IMG/VR virus record: IMGVR_UViG_3300035670_000022
Location: 32,001 to 96,000 of that record
DNA from: a virus
Reading direction: 5' to 3' (one strand)
DNA: 64,000 nt
Notes under the pieces: model-generated
The model's input: the letters and a program-made list of their open reading frames with translations, nothing else
What the model was told of the DNA's origin: nothing
Databases searched by the model: none
Made by a program: the position numbers and the translations under genes
In this document: positions 55,401 to 61,459 of the stretch, one piece after another
Position numbering within the stretch: position 1 is the stretch's first letter
How the letters are laid out: each line of letters starts with the position of its first letter

Positions 55401-56001
55401 CGGTAGTGAGGGTAGCAGGGGCAAAGCGTACAACTTTGTGCGCAGTGTAGACACGGGGAGCACCCGTGGGGGTGCTGACGGTGTGGGTAGGGGCAACCCA
55501 GGAGGGTGCCGGAGTGGTGAATACACCTTTGAATCCGGGGGCAGCTTGCTTAGGAGCAGCTTTGGGAGCCCACACTACACGAGTGTTCCAAGCTGCTGCT
55601 TGGGCTGCCATAGGGTCAGCAACACCCCATCCTTTGATCTCCGCCATGCGGAGGTCAATATCACCAGCAGCGGTGATAGCGTCAGCGGTAGCTACAGCGG
55701 CAGCTACAGAAGAGGAAGCAGGAGCCTTGTAGCCAGTCCAGGTGCGGACTACATCCACCTTCTTGCCTTTCTTCTGCACGTGTACGTGCACTTTCCCGTA
55801 GTAGGAAAGGAACTCTTGGCGGGGTAGGCGGGCACCTACCGCAGAGTTCTTAATTACAGCGCCGGCGTTCCAGCGTTGGCTGGAACGGCTCCAGCTGTTA
55901 GTGTGTACGGTGCGCGGGGAGACCTCACGGACAGCTTGCTGAATCGAGCGAGCGAAGAAAGAGATAACGGAAACGGAAACGGACATTTTGAAGTTAGACA
56001 T
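43453..56001 (-). CDS. 4182-aa polyvalent protein: 2x HTH, putative single-chain two-barrel RNA polymerase, SLOG, NADAR, AlkB-like dioxygenase, DUF4326 and Pif1-like SF1 helicase
   Basis: DMKSRSVNK (~50881-50910), NRAP (49420-49431), GGDDDGD (49189-49209). ISGSR..VGDAAGVD; FSNF..TAEGAYQ..WG..GKNMQG.LLM.VR; LINRY..HVD..HG..RYNVTVR; YIGRP..LVCFCAPLPCHGD; GVGGGGKS, DEVSM, GDPMQF, KSQGLT. Confidence 0.85.
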   Translation of the reverse strand: MSNFKMSVSVSVISFFARSIQQAVREVSPRTVHTNSWSRSSQRWNAGAVIKNSAVGARLPRQEFLSYYGKVHVHVQKKGKKVDVVRTWTGYKAPASSSVAAAVATADAITAAGDIDLRMAEIKGWGVADPMAAQAAAWNTRVVWAPKAAPKQAAPGFKGVFTTPAPSWVAPTHTVSTPTGAPRVYTAHKVVRFAPATLTTAATMAFAGAVANDISDVISAHYTERRTANRAAFTLDAVLRLTAPRKGTAQKRAGGVGTFAYANVTVMVAVADVIADIATTVGTTSTRARRRVRKSMTVNQSIARTQRVKRQRRNKAVQRRNLKPQTKSGYEKQLAKAQRRAEAKLLAAYIASERAAKYAVITKAAKSAALRAGNNAIWLANGTEAPIPASVVRRQRALRAQEEAELPLAIQNRRRAAEGRKMIGNIKKVDKTVYLANKTEEQKAEAAYAAGTAIMAEILNGSESEPVAVPAEFMALAEARCAASAEGVPEATMVFKRSKTPRPMSKYAKKRGTPTTSAQKTPSSIQQIAELWEKIDAKNVDLQQKLDSLVRRYRAINKSEAAYSTIVGYLKKAYDAGLVDCSAYVSTEIHEQIQDLKAEGVAYKDLETELGVTSLEVALNYGVPNKQPVAKTEKSKKTEKPKAEQNQLSHRHKIVIDIWTRVLKTEEKLEDMLADLASTYRKEAKSETKDDTVASYLLEVYRAGHFDPADLVDAETASNIRSLLTNGSKWSDIVSELGVTPLEIGLATINKEQTMKRRTSNSANKNMEIKVGAPMHFTKSPEEMGCIPAFTLMHVDAAPIQESDPLYVVLCRYGEQRCNANAHFNPVPKAKPHYAELYAAADDSKHRVLPISNFLGFDYKQEAKEGWTASTIGATPARLYAPIANAKKASWQFRDAAYTNIENVVFNDKVSHHMNFESLVNNEHDLKDKVAGRAEAGATASSVRNIIRKAVYTGNTRFVSALEKHGQTIVVHNSLDNLQSEHGGIPGLEVEQYYLLLVGRVDILTDNRRPDENGVLSQGQYRPYCDRIEAYFVPCDVVEELIDFETPRSDNNYFTFLERSAKTTTSLPKSGRRRVKSKAEVTKSTPSKVATSTPSKIAAPPATPPVTSTPPTPPAAKAEPKVLAGYAEELQSLYEALNHPTSGNRSEDFYTVEEVVNDMMLNETAVFEELFRGQEPPTKCSAAQKAAYAVAYYLRGFCSERDKYACSTIDMPILDYDWQLSEIEGVITIIQDMMEVAGKKTKRSRNRKAVDIKGVLDFVEIDGMKALKIDGAAAFYFDDDGTVYDWRGRAFNSCLVVNGRKKTKEEKKADPKGSPYEVEIKLVTSLSMFMYFIWLVYLPILSNWSGSAGIFSTTLENVKSCLQKMGNIFKMTTDRVLDQNGAAHHLLINTFSTVMFKERTPLNSNGKWVALEGKAAKVLPERYSGVEADIDEEFQMIETAAVFDDSIEIAEVMDIVMEMAHEQYGLDFHHTKGQFVAGALGHVNLDLVSKHAPNLFAKIVSNFGCEIEAGKVIVNSLKAKKLLKRVSLWMAQAESVKDEQPSAAKLIDQKYATYGWLDKTAYAPSHVNLPGMSAFLGEQKDKPEANPDQRILIVRNTFDIVDGSPFDFTQTNVTGVIENTWDSVESEDGWMYVTPQDEVLVNGTGKEILFGVHGTIPIYHQHRVEGQLTYFRWRVVVGMDNSTEYLSIEYFIKRREFDMKSRSVNKSQFFTATPAILFNDLNSDLNSDEITVHGLHLQDSLKLDLGYAMCFIIANTAFYNEVETDVVKTLREYISDINRQLVGHENLVDGKPVLIIEPAAVAAGIYDEMYKYFDSIFGQARWLHWIQAEGMGRVMYDLYQEKVAAGLLPDTEENEKARKAAWYHVENYLEYLPELANLGDNLYVVSEQKEIEWESNILAFVLKDGKVVEVAQRGVMYLSVPEAQLYNVELFESSTVAEAVTTSVQLLPYIMSLSIVAGDDEDVLAEQRRMVSCGKEALYRAKALAAFNAGNTINPNLKVVSIIVDEEGICFGGDDTSNECQDLMDERLRKVGIEPGQIDPHQDNLFRLVAEATQDMVFVFETGEGKVSMWLPAMLAFSKLTRKSDDNLDFVSMFFFEILIPCINGGSEKQQIALNQVGGVLNSLATSKNSRKYFSGDKAVGAKRIGHPAIPVGEVWILETNVVSSPYQECLRSGIPLDRQSVAEGVITCGNRAPMPMGPIERVRLIEEVWEKVEVETETGKETVEVYLGQRRVPFADEVQDNTLLAYEISPVQFGVSAMSVNLDGGDDDGDNHFITHCKHLSLKHITTYEKVRELRSAAIGMDMFSPTCGDYAADHYTIKSYKDASVVINKLAEALPEKAMINSSDLVKYNFLAYSIQHVGVGVMYAAYMLGMLAVSIIGELDKLDLFGEDGVEGLSAFVPLELDKYRQTQINKLMLVLAEVYEIMLGGFSPGGVSLWERFLKPIMFGKSIYDGCSKQSVKIKDFANAEVTQELHGILSNWDDEFIRFDVAEAYDRLRSTRLDMPRTKTIDLMVLNLRECNVTDEVAVANCTVLETLLGEMRLERALEDKVEETLAELGANCELAEEVTIAMHLLQDYYVVKRGKETPTYGISYLLYTIFQGGRGNFYFGDTVIYQESIAWLNALKSHPTGAKVLQTNVPLMSLSQLDEVLGKEMYDYTQISTLEWSDADLNFFLKEIHSVEESKDNFFSVIHNFNDGITEEEEDDSDEDDSDGGVEPTDDEPNDDGDGGESVDSSDTEEDTSTEELEVNHTQVVISGSRSIKRLPEEALDVIDSYIDQGFNFNVGDAAGVDMLVQSYLFEQGVTNVRVWYSSRKGCRNNVGDFETYAVYGDFTARDEKMHRNCDESLVIWDGVSPGSKKNIKRVKNTTVINVAMLKAQQEVEAQQEHPADKDTWEGDCILFNSYTPTYKEFSNFLGAPCTYKGVEYATAEGAYQCAKVLNPSHALIKEFAAMNGKQAKAKGAKVRLRKDWEQVKVDVMYEVLLGKFSHEPARTQLLETEDIDLVHLSPWDTFWGVNKKRQGKNMQGVLLMKVRDALRTESDKEELTVYTEDGLYIQQSYCQDEGIYDELRAAIEETFEDGEKTRFTAKSYSYTCAGQQFWVWNKGKGRYLNTQPSGSPVVEMPNILKETAEKIVAQLDIFDGYEAQTCLINRYAGAQKLNLHVDKDEEVDAPIVSFSFGQSGIFQIDGEKYEVGDGDLIVFYGNKRYARHGYEGNEGGEGVRYNVTVRMVKPKSDSEPPTSSEGHCTMKVLNIKNGDSVFGEYIGRPGKGKKGSVLANKAVVGKHGTRKECYELYRVWLQEKVDANDSVVLNELARLYAEQKDLVCFCAPLPCHGDLIIEMLNWMVDTNHPALKPVDEAEVEAEVEAEVEADVDSSVSDVYSSLSYSDIKEALKEYRDAGHTVPKLNGKKEDLLAALIELDEAADEQPAVEVTTTPNQPEVIEPTSAAIKAEPMSTPDPGNQVAAMLLMILETVPDMPETLHTKITDLYKSIPVVLVETEKSTSTQDDSFDAAVPETEEDQSTGVYFDDDYEMDDEIPISNFVSLSSVKVVEDKPMTTEDASDVLTAPEESEDQIEDEDTSSDFEMYAPEDEPEDIPLSKAVSLKVETPTPVAEKQKSVEPKTVEVGSVKPVVNSKGKKIVPSLKKVRKHAQKKAKQEETKVQMEIEADRKRKPEALQAAIDAITNVNATIDEESYLPALETMTARQLDVVAEAINGSNIMLTGVGGGGKSYSVEVARHIFDLLKLPYVIVGSTGTSVMNVGGDGTINSMFGLKLGFEKTESKKCSEYEEYHLLKSDVKDSRFFKSAKNYLGKRPLMVIVDEVSMVDNRFLNIIEDAAIEEGINIQWLLVGDPMQFLPVKGSLFFEPVFIKGAKNNVSYGSFVKRRDFVMINLKHNIRADGDKAWVDCLNLLRMDRLQLTGVKGNLIKDRFDASVTTKAPEDAIHIYFNNIGVKRHNSRKTAEMIANGADNKSYRAHVTGKFGDWYLKKAYDGEKQEFVTIFNPIEEEMTFCVDMPVMIRKNIQNGGGALIAANGSTGVVTKLGKNSINVRLDTTKQVITLDYADFEGPKDKSGRPIGTFRQIPAHPCFAMTLMKSQGLTINRPGVLHMYYVSKGKVTAIPAQHKAALYVGPSRFPKADLVYFATDCEFNSELTSEQMWSMLVDSYHTSDIALDWMETQFS
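54096..54109 (-). promoter_or_regulatory. Intragenic copy of the putative phage promoter
   Basis: Exact AACAGAGAAGAGTA inside the giant ORF, upstream of TAAGGAG-N6-ATG at 53739. Confidence 0.55.
54613..54629. promoter_or_regulatory. 17-bp palindrome TTCTGAACnGTTCAGAA, copy 3 (intragenic)
   Basis: Arms extend to 10 bp (54611-54631). Confidence 0.5.
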
Positions 56002-56113
56002 AATAAATGCGCCCCTAATATGGCGCTTTAAGGTTTTTATTTAGACACTTCACTTTTGAGAGGCTGTGAGAACCTACAACGACTAATACGCCTCGTTGCT
56101 GGCAAGACAGCTT

Positions 56114-56347
56114 CTAGCCAAAGTACCGGGGGCTAGCCGTAGCTTTGCCCTCGGTGATGTTGGCAATGACGCTAAAAACAAAGTTGGGGGCCAGTTTAGC
56201 GGCCAAGGAGACCTCGGCCAAGATCGAGGCATAGGTATGCCCCGTAACTTGAGCGATTGCTCGCTCTACTGAGATGGCTACGCCGTAGGCGACGTAGAGT
56301 ACCGCCAAGACGGCGGTGTAGATGAACAGAATGTTGAGAATGTCCAT
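56114..56347 (-). CDS. Small membrane protein
   Basis: ATG 56347 after GGAG; TM helix. YGVA.SV...TGH shared with 57256..57561. Confidence 0.6.
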   Translation of the reverse strand: MDILNILFIYTAVLAVLYVAYGVAISVERAIAQVTGHTYASILAEVSLAAKLAPNFVFSVIANITEGKATASPRYFG

Positions 56348-56515
56348 AGTTGTTTCTCCAACTAGAGGTTTACATGTAGTTTTGAGTGGTTCTACAAACC
56401 AATCGGGACTAATAGCCCACCCGACTGGGCACAACAAAAGGGGACCCGCCTAAGCGAGACCCCTAGATAGACATAGCAAGCTATAATCTACTTATTCAAT
56501 TTAGAGGTAATAAGT

Positions 56516-57136
56516 ATGACTGATATAGCCCGCTTTGAGCAACCCCTTGACTTTGAAGTGCTTCAGCAAAGACTCCAAACAGAGGTTAAAGAGAAGAACG
56601 GAACATACTCTTGCACAATCCGTGGTGTTGCCCGTCTTCTCGGTATCAGTGCAGGCAGTCTTACAGATAACCGCGTGCTTGCTAATGGCTCTCCGCACGG
56701 ACTTCTGCAGAAGGTTAAACACTGTACGCTTGAAGAGTTGCCTTCTTCCTTGAAACCCATACAGGGCTTTGATTTCGCCGATCAGAAAGACGGCGCAAAG
56801 CGTACAGGGAGTCACTGCACTGACATGATGCTGCCTGAAATCGTAGTAAGTTGTATCATCAAATACTATGCCTATGATGCTCGTCTTAAAAGACCTCAGG
56901 CAGTGGTGTTGGATAATCTCTTTTCTGCTATGGGTATCCGTTCCTTCTTTGCTTCTTTGTTGAAGCAGGAGGAGTCGAAAGACGAACAGGTCGTGCATCC
57001 AGTAGCTGTAAAGACTACGCAACCCTGTGACTCCGATAACCGTGTAGCTGTGGTTAAAGAGGTCTTGGACGTACTCTCCAACTGCACCCCAGACTATAAA
57101 GAGAAAGCTCTCCTGACTCTGCTGGGTGTGATTTAA
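56516..57136 (+). CDS. Antirepressor-like DNA-binding protein, paralog A
   Basis: YSCTIRGVARLLGIS...LPEIVVSCIIKYYAYDAR...AMGIR, shared with 61460..62251. Confidence 0.75.
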   Translation: MTDIARFEQPLDFEVLQQRLQTEVKEKNGTYSCTIRGVARLLGISAGSLTDNRVLANGSPHGLLQKVKHCTLEELPSSLKPIQGFDFADQKDGAKRTGSHCTDMMLPEIVVSCIIKYYAYDARLKRPQAVVLDNLFSAMGIRSFFASLLKQEESKDEQVVHPVAVKTTQPCDSDNRVAVVKEVLDVLSNCTPDYKEKALLTLLGVI

Positions 57137-57255
57137 AGAGTATTTGTTGCGGCTGTTACCTGGTTGGGTATCCAAGTCGGTCCAGAAGAACCCAGCCAAT
57201 ATGTTTAGCAGCTTCACCCACTGCATTGTGAGTACCTCGCGGTACAGGGGCAACA

Positions 57256-57561
57256 TTATTGAAAGTACCGCATGCTGCGTGCGGTAGGAGAAGGATTCAC
57301 CTTCTCCATCACATCCCACGCCCAGGTGGGGTTGCATACCCCCCAGACCCAGACGTGATTGATTCCGCCAGTGATGGCGGTGTATGCGCCTTTTAGGAGG
57401 GCAAGGGCCACTTCGTCTATGTGGTGCCCGGTGGACTCCCGCACGGAGCGGGCGACGCCGTAGCAAATAGCGTCGATGAAGTACAAAGCGATCAGCCCGA
57501 GGCAGACGCCCCAGGCTGTTAACAGAATCGTATCGAGAACAAACATCGTGAAATCAGACAT
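57256..57561 (-). CDS. Small membrane protein
   Basis: N-terminal TM helix; preceded by the repeated 42-nt leader. Confidence 0.65.
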   Translation of the reverse strand: MSDFTMFVLDTILLTAWGVCLGLIALYFIDAICYGVARSVRESTGHHIDEVALALLKGAYTAITGGINHVWVWGVCNPTWAWDVMEKVNPSPTARSMRYFQ

Positions 57562-57566
57562 TTAAT

Positions 57567-57636
57567 TAGAGGCCGGGGTAAAGAAGAGTCCGGATGTTCC
57601 TCGTAAAAAGGTGCCCCCTCTATATAGAGGGGGCAC
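57567..57636 (-). repeat. Hairpin/T-run/leader module (26-bp perfect palindrome plus a 42-nt leader repeated at 59868-59909)
   Basis: GTGCCCCCTCTATATAGAGGGGGCAC at 57611-57636; leader 38/42 identical to the second copy. Confidence 0.75.
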
Positions 57637-57809
57637 GGCTGTTATACCTAGGACTGAAGCAAGTCAGTCCTAGGGAACTCAGCCTACCTTTAAGAAGTGT
57701 TTGACCTGTTTCGAGAAACATTAAAGTTGATCACAGCCGTAGGTAAAGAATTGGTGGCTGTCCTCCTGTAAAAGGTGCCCCTATGCTTGTTAGGCACAGG
57801 GGCAATACT

Positions 57810-59183
57810 CTATATACGATTAAGCTCTACCATCGGTGGAGGTCCTGCGCGTCGGGACATCTCTGCGAGGACAACCTCGTGGCGGATTTGACGCTGCCAT
57901 GAGTATGAGTCGCAGAAGCGTTGGAAGTACACTAAACGATTGATGAGTGCACGGTCATCTAGTGTTGCGTACTGTTCCTCAACCTCGAGGCGGAACATCT
58001 CTTCCACCGTAAGGGCCTGTACTATCTCCTGAGGAGCTCGAGACTCGAAACCGCCTAGGGGAGCTTCATATGCCTCCTCGTCGAAGACCTCCCAGCCCCG
58101 GTGGGCGAGGGAGTTTGCTGTGGTGACAGGTGGTGTCTGCCATCCTTCTTTCCACTCTTCCAGCCGACCCATATCGGGAGTGTATTCTGGACAGACCTTT
58201 AGCCACTCATCCATGTGGTCTACCCACGTTTTGATGAGTTTGAGATTGTCCAGTACCCCTTGTGCAGAGGAAGGGGAGAGGAAGGCACGGATCTCCACCG
58301 TGTTTTTGTTCCCCTCATTCAAGGCCACATATCGTGACTCTGAATATTGGCGATACTCGCACCACTTATTGGGATACCGCCCACACAGGAGGCTGATATA
58401 GGGAGTTACAGACCCATCAAACAACCCTCGTAGAAACTCGAGTTGTTCTTGAGTCAAGCCCTTACGGCTCAAATGCACGTGCATCCCAACCCCGGAGTGG
58501 GCGTCGAGAGTGGTATTAGCCGAGAGCAGCTTATCGAAGCTGCTTGCCACCTCGGTAATACGACGAACCATATCGTCATAGGTATAGGGGAGAGTGACAT
58601 ACTCCCCGTCTACCGACGAATCAGCTTTAAAGATGCCCATCCCGAGCAAAGGATAGAGGTCCTGCAAAGAGTAGTTGGAGTGATTAAACTCCAGCTCCAC
58701 ACCGTACAACAACTCTTTCGAGTTGATTACCTCCTCCCGTTTGTGGGAGTGAGCAAGAGACAAGACGTCCTTGCTGTAATTCCACACTTTCTGCTCGGGC
58801 TGAGCAATGTCTCCATACCGTACAGCGGGGACATACTGCTGAGCGGAGGGAAGCAAAGATGCCACCTCCTCTATACAGACCTCGATGAGATCTGACAGAA
58901 TATGGTAGGCCTCCCCGTTTACGCCCATCTCAGGTAGACGTTGCGTGTCATACCCTCCGCATTCGACTCCATTCTCATTCACCTCCATATAGAAGGAGTT
59001 GGAGAATTCGTTATCCCCGAGGGAGATAACGATGGTTTGGGCAGCAGCGTTGGAGGTAGATACGAAAGACATAATTGATCCTGGCACTATTGCAGTTCCC
59101 GCATAGGTTAATAACCTGTCTTCTTTTCCACCGTGTATGGACAGGTAAACACGACAGACTTTGTTTGGAATCGCGTCTGCCAC
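57810..59183 (-). CDS. Putative amidoligase (COOH-NH2 ligase type 2)
   Basis: YGVELEF, DSSV.GEYVT, GMHVHLS, RY.ALN...TVEIR.F. Confidence 0.75.
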   Translation of the reverse strand: MADAIPNKVCRVYLSIHGGKEDRLLTYAGTAIVPGSIMSFVSTSNAAAQTIVISLGDNEFSNSFYMEVNENGVECGGYDTQRLPEMGVNGEAYHILSDLIEVCIEEVASLLPSAQQYVPAVRYGDIAQPEQKVWNYSKDVLSLAHSHKREEVINSKELLYGVELEFNHSNYSLQDLYPLLGMGIFKADSSVDGEYVTLPYTYDDMVRRITEVASSFDKLLSANTTLDAHSGVGMHVHLSRKGLTQEQLEFLRGLFDGSVTPYISLLCGRYPNKWCEYRQYSESRYVALNEGNKNTVEIRAFLSPSSAQGVLDNLKLIKTWVDHMDEWLKVCPEYTPDMGRLEEWKEGWQTPPVTTANSLAHRGWEVFDEEAYEAPLGGFESRAPQEIVQALTVEEMFRLEVEEQYATLDDRALINRLVYFQRFCDSYSWQRQIRHEVVLAEMSRRAGPPPMVELNRI

Positions 59184-59336
59184 GATTACTTACGCCGGTT
59201 CAGATACAGCACCGGGAACTCTCCACTGATTTGACGTGTGTGTCGACACGACCTACTTAGATTTAGGTAGCTGAGCCATCTACCACCCTTTTACTCAGCC
59301 GGGCCTGGCCTATCCTCATACCCGTTGTTGGGTCGT

Positions 59337-59363
59337 AAAAAAAGCCCCTCTATATAGAGGGGC
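59337..59363 (-). terminator. Terminator-like palindrome GCCCCTCTATATAGAGGGGC plus T-run
   Basis: 20-bp perfect palindrome followed by T7 on the minus strand. Confidence 0.65.
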
Positions 59364-59414
59364 AGTCATATAGGTGCAGCTTATTTACCCTCCCCTGCAC
59401 TGGGAGACCAAGCA

Positions 59415-59537
59415 TTACTGCTTGGGTTGGAAGGCCTCTTTGGCCTTCTCTTCGAGTTGAGCTTCCTCCATAGCGGAGGGTGCGCGCCCCCCGCAGAAGA
59501 AGAAACCGAATAAAGCCAGAAGAATGAGCATTTCCAT
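59415..59537 (-). CDS. 40-aa peptide with hydrophobic N-terminus
   Basis: Hand-translated MEMLILLALFGFFFCGGRAPS...; sits within a hairpin-bounded module. Confidence 0.4.
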   Translation of the reverse strand: MEMLILLALFGFFFCGGRAPSAMEEAQLEEKAKEAFQPKQ

Positions 59538-59587
59538 TTTCTAAAGCCGGTTGGTATAAAGAAGCAGCCTATGGCTGTGACCGGCAT

Positions 59588-59620
59588 AAAAAAAGCCCCT
59601 ACACCTAGTGGTGTAGGGGC
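59588..59620 (-). terminator. Terminator-like hairpin GCCCCTACAC/GTGTAGGGGC plus T-run
   Basis: Same stem recurs at ~61062-61090. Confidence 0.65.
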
Positions 59621-59640
59621 AAAGAGTGTACGAGTAGCTT

Positions 59641-59862
59641 CTATTCAGCTACCCGTACGAGGACTGCCAAGCAGTCCTCACGCTTGGGCCACCCGAAGGT
59701 GTGGGGGGTTGTGCATACCCACCCTTCTCCCAGACCGGGGAAAGAGGGGTCGCAGGTACCCCCCGTTTGCCCCCCGCAGGGGGCGTAGGCCCGGCCGATC
59801 GCCCGCCGGGCGATGGTGGTTGCGGGGGTGGTGGAAGCGGAGGTGTTGTTAGCGGTAGACAT
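59641..59862 (-). CDS. Small Cys-containing protein
   Basis: 73 aa with 4 Cys; preceded by the repeated leader. Confidence 0.55.
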   Translation of the reverse strand: MSTANNTSASTTPATTIARRAIGRAYAPCGGQTGGTCDPSFPGLGEGWVCTTPHTFGWPKREDCLAVLVRVAE

Positions 59863-59958
59863 GGTAATAGAGGCCGGGGTAAAGAAGTATCCGGTTGTTC
59901 CTCATAAAAGGGGGCCCCTATACAGGGGGTTCCTGTATAGGGGGACGTGTTAGGTGGG

Positions 59959-60537
59959 CTACATTAGTAGCTTCTTAGCTATAGCCCACTTCTGGGCAGA
60001 TACCTGCCCTTCGAATGAGCGCAGTAGGAGCGCCCAATCGTGTTTTACCCGCTTTTCCCACATGTTAGGTGGGAGGTGGTGCCCCTCCTCCGCAAAGGAG
60101 AGGTCTATCAGTCGTGCCCCTTCGGGCCAGACCAATATGTTGTTCGCATGGCTATCGCCATGCGTCCAACCGTGGGCATGTAGCCCACTTAGGGCTGCAC
60201 AGGCGTGCAGTAAGAGCACGCCAAAGGTATACGGGGAGGTTCCCGTAGAGGTAGCAACCTCTAGCAAGGTGCGCCCCCGCACCTTCTCGAGCACCAGCCG
60301 TGTGCGGCTGGAGTCTGGGTGCATCTTTGGGATGATGCTTCCCTGAAGAGGGTGGAGTACTCCATATATGAGATACTCCTCTTGGAGTTCATCCTCTGCC
60401 CAGCTATCCCCGGGCTTAGCGTTTTTAACCACCCATCCCCGGGTGGTAGATTCGGTCACGAGACCGAATCGCCCCGACCCAATGAGGGGGGTAGTAGCGG
60501 TAGTAGCGGTAGTAGCGGTAGTAGCGGTAGTAGTCAT
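59959..60537 (-). CDS. Ser/Thr protein kinase-like protein
   Basis: IGSGRFG, VVK, E (helix C), HGDSHANN, IDLS. N-terminal (TAT)n from a 9-bp repeat. Start is 60537 or 60561. Confidence 0.8.
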   Translation of the reverse strand: MTTTATTATTATTATTPLIGSGRFGLVTESTTRGWVVKNAKPGDSWAEDELQEEYLIYGVLHPLQGSIIPKMHPDSSRTRLVLEKVRGRTLLEVATSTGTSPYTFGVLLLHACAALSGLHAHGWTHGDSHANNILVWPEGARLIDLSFAEEGHHLPPNMWEKRVKHDWALLLRSFEGQVSAQKWAIAKKLLM

Positions 60538-60616
60538 TTGATATGCACTGTCACAGGGCATGGATTAGCTCGGCTGTGATGGCATAAAAAAGGCCCCCTA
60601 GAAGGGGGCTATATTT

Positions 60617-61018
60617 TTATTCAGAATAGGGTTTGATACTTGGCTTACTCTGTTCTTCGTAATAGAGCTCAGCCATTGCCTCGGCGAGGCGCTTGTTATA
60701 TGCGTCCTCGAGCCAAGTAGACATCTCTACGTAGAGGTAGTAGATGTCAGAATCCTTCCGGATTCTGTCTTCAGAAGGAAAGGTTCCTTCAATGTAGCGA
60801 TGAGCGAAATACGCCATAGCTTCTTTGGTCCGAAGCGTGTTATAGTCGTCGGCGTTTAAGTCCACAAGGGACTTCTTGCCCCAGACTATATAGGCGAGGC
60901 CATGGTCACCGCCATCATGGCGGTCATATCCGGTGCCTTTGTTGGCACCTATTTGTTGGGAGAAGTGTCCCAACATTTCGGACCAAACTAAACGGGCGAT
61001 GGATTTGAAGTTAAACAT
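60617..61018 (-). CDS. Hypothetical protein
   Basis: MFNFKSIAR start fits the module spacing. Confidence 0.65.
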   Translation of the reverse strand: MFNFKSIARLVWSEMLGHFSQQIGANKGTGYDRHDGGDHGLAYIVWGKKSLVDLNADDYNTLRTKEAMAYFAHRYIEGTFPSEDRIRKDSDIYYLYVEMSTWLEDAYNKRLAEAMAELYYEEQSKPSIKPYSE

Positions 61019-61223
61019 TAGGAACTCCGGGGTGTGAAAGGTAATTAGCCCCATAAAAGGGGGCCCCTACACTGATTAGGTGTAGGGGCCAAAGAGAAGA
61101 TGAAGTCTTGCGGATTTATTGCAAAAACGGGTTCTGCATATGGGCAAGACTGTTATATGACCCTCTTAAAAATCGCGGCATATTTTCATTTCCTATACGC
61201 CCATTAGTACAAAATGTAGTAAT

Positions 61224-61363
61224 TGACCAACCAATCGACCAGTGACCAACCAATCGACCAGTGACCAACCAACCAATCGACCAGTGACCAACCAACCAAC
61301 CAACCAATCGACCAACCAATCGACCAACCAATCGACCAGTAACCAACTTAGCCAATTAACCAA
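61224..61363. repeat. Tandem repeat of GACCAA(CCAA)nTC(GACCAGT) units
   Basis: About 5-6 imperfect units in a divergent intergenic region. Confidence 0.85.
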
Positions 61364-61459
61364 TACGTATACAGTCAAACAAAAAGCTCTTTCTAGGCGC
61401 CTAGAAAGAGCAGTAATCACCAAGCTATAATGACCGTGTAATTTATTCACCTTTGAAGT

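Noticed and set aside
56501-57466. 321-aa minus-strand ORF
   Set aside because: Shadow of the plus-strand gene 56516..57136, whose reality is supported by its paralog at 61460.
61206-61220. Cyanobacterial LexA box-like AGTACAAAATGTAG
   Set aside because: Spacing and right half do not fit RGTAC-N3-DGTWCB.
61224-61363. Possible CRISPR array
   Set aside because: Units are directly adjacent with no unique spacers, and no cas genes are present.
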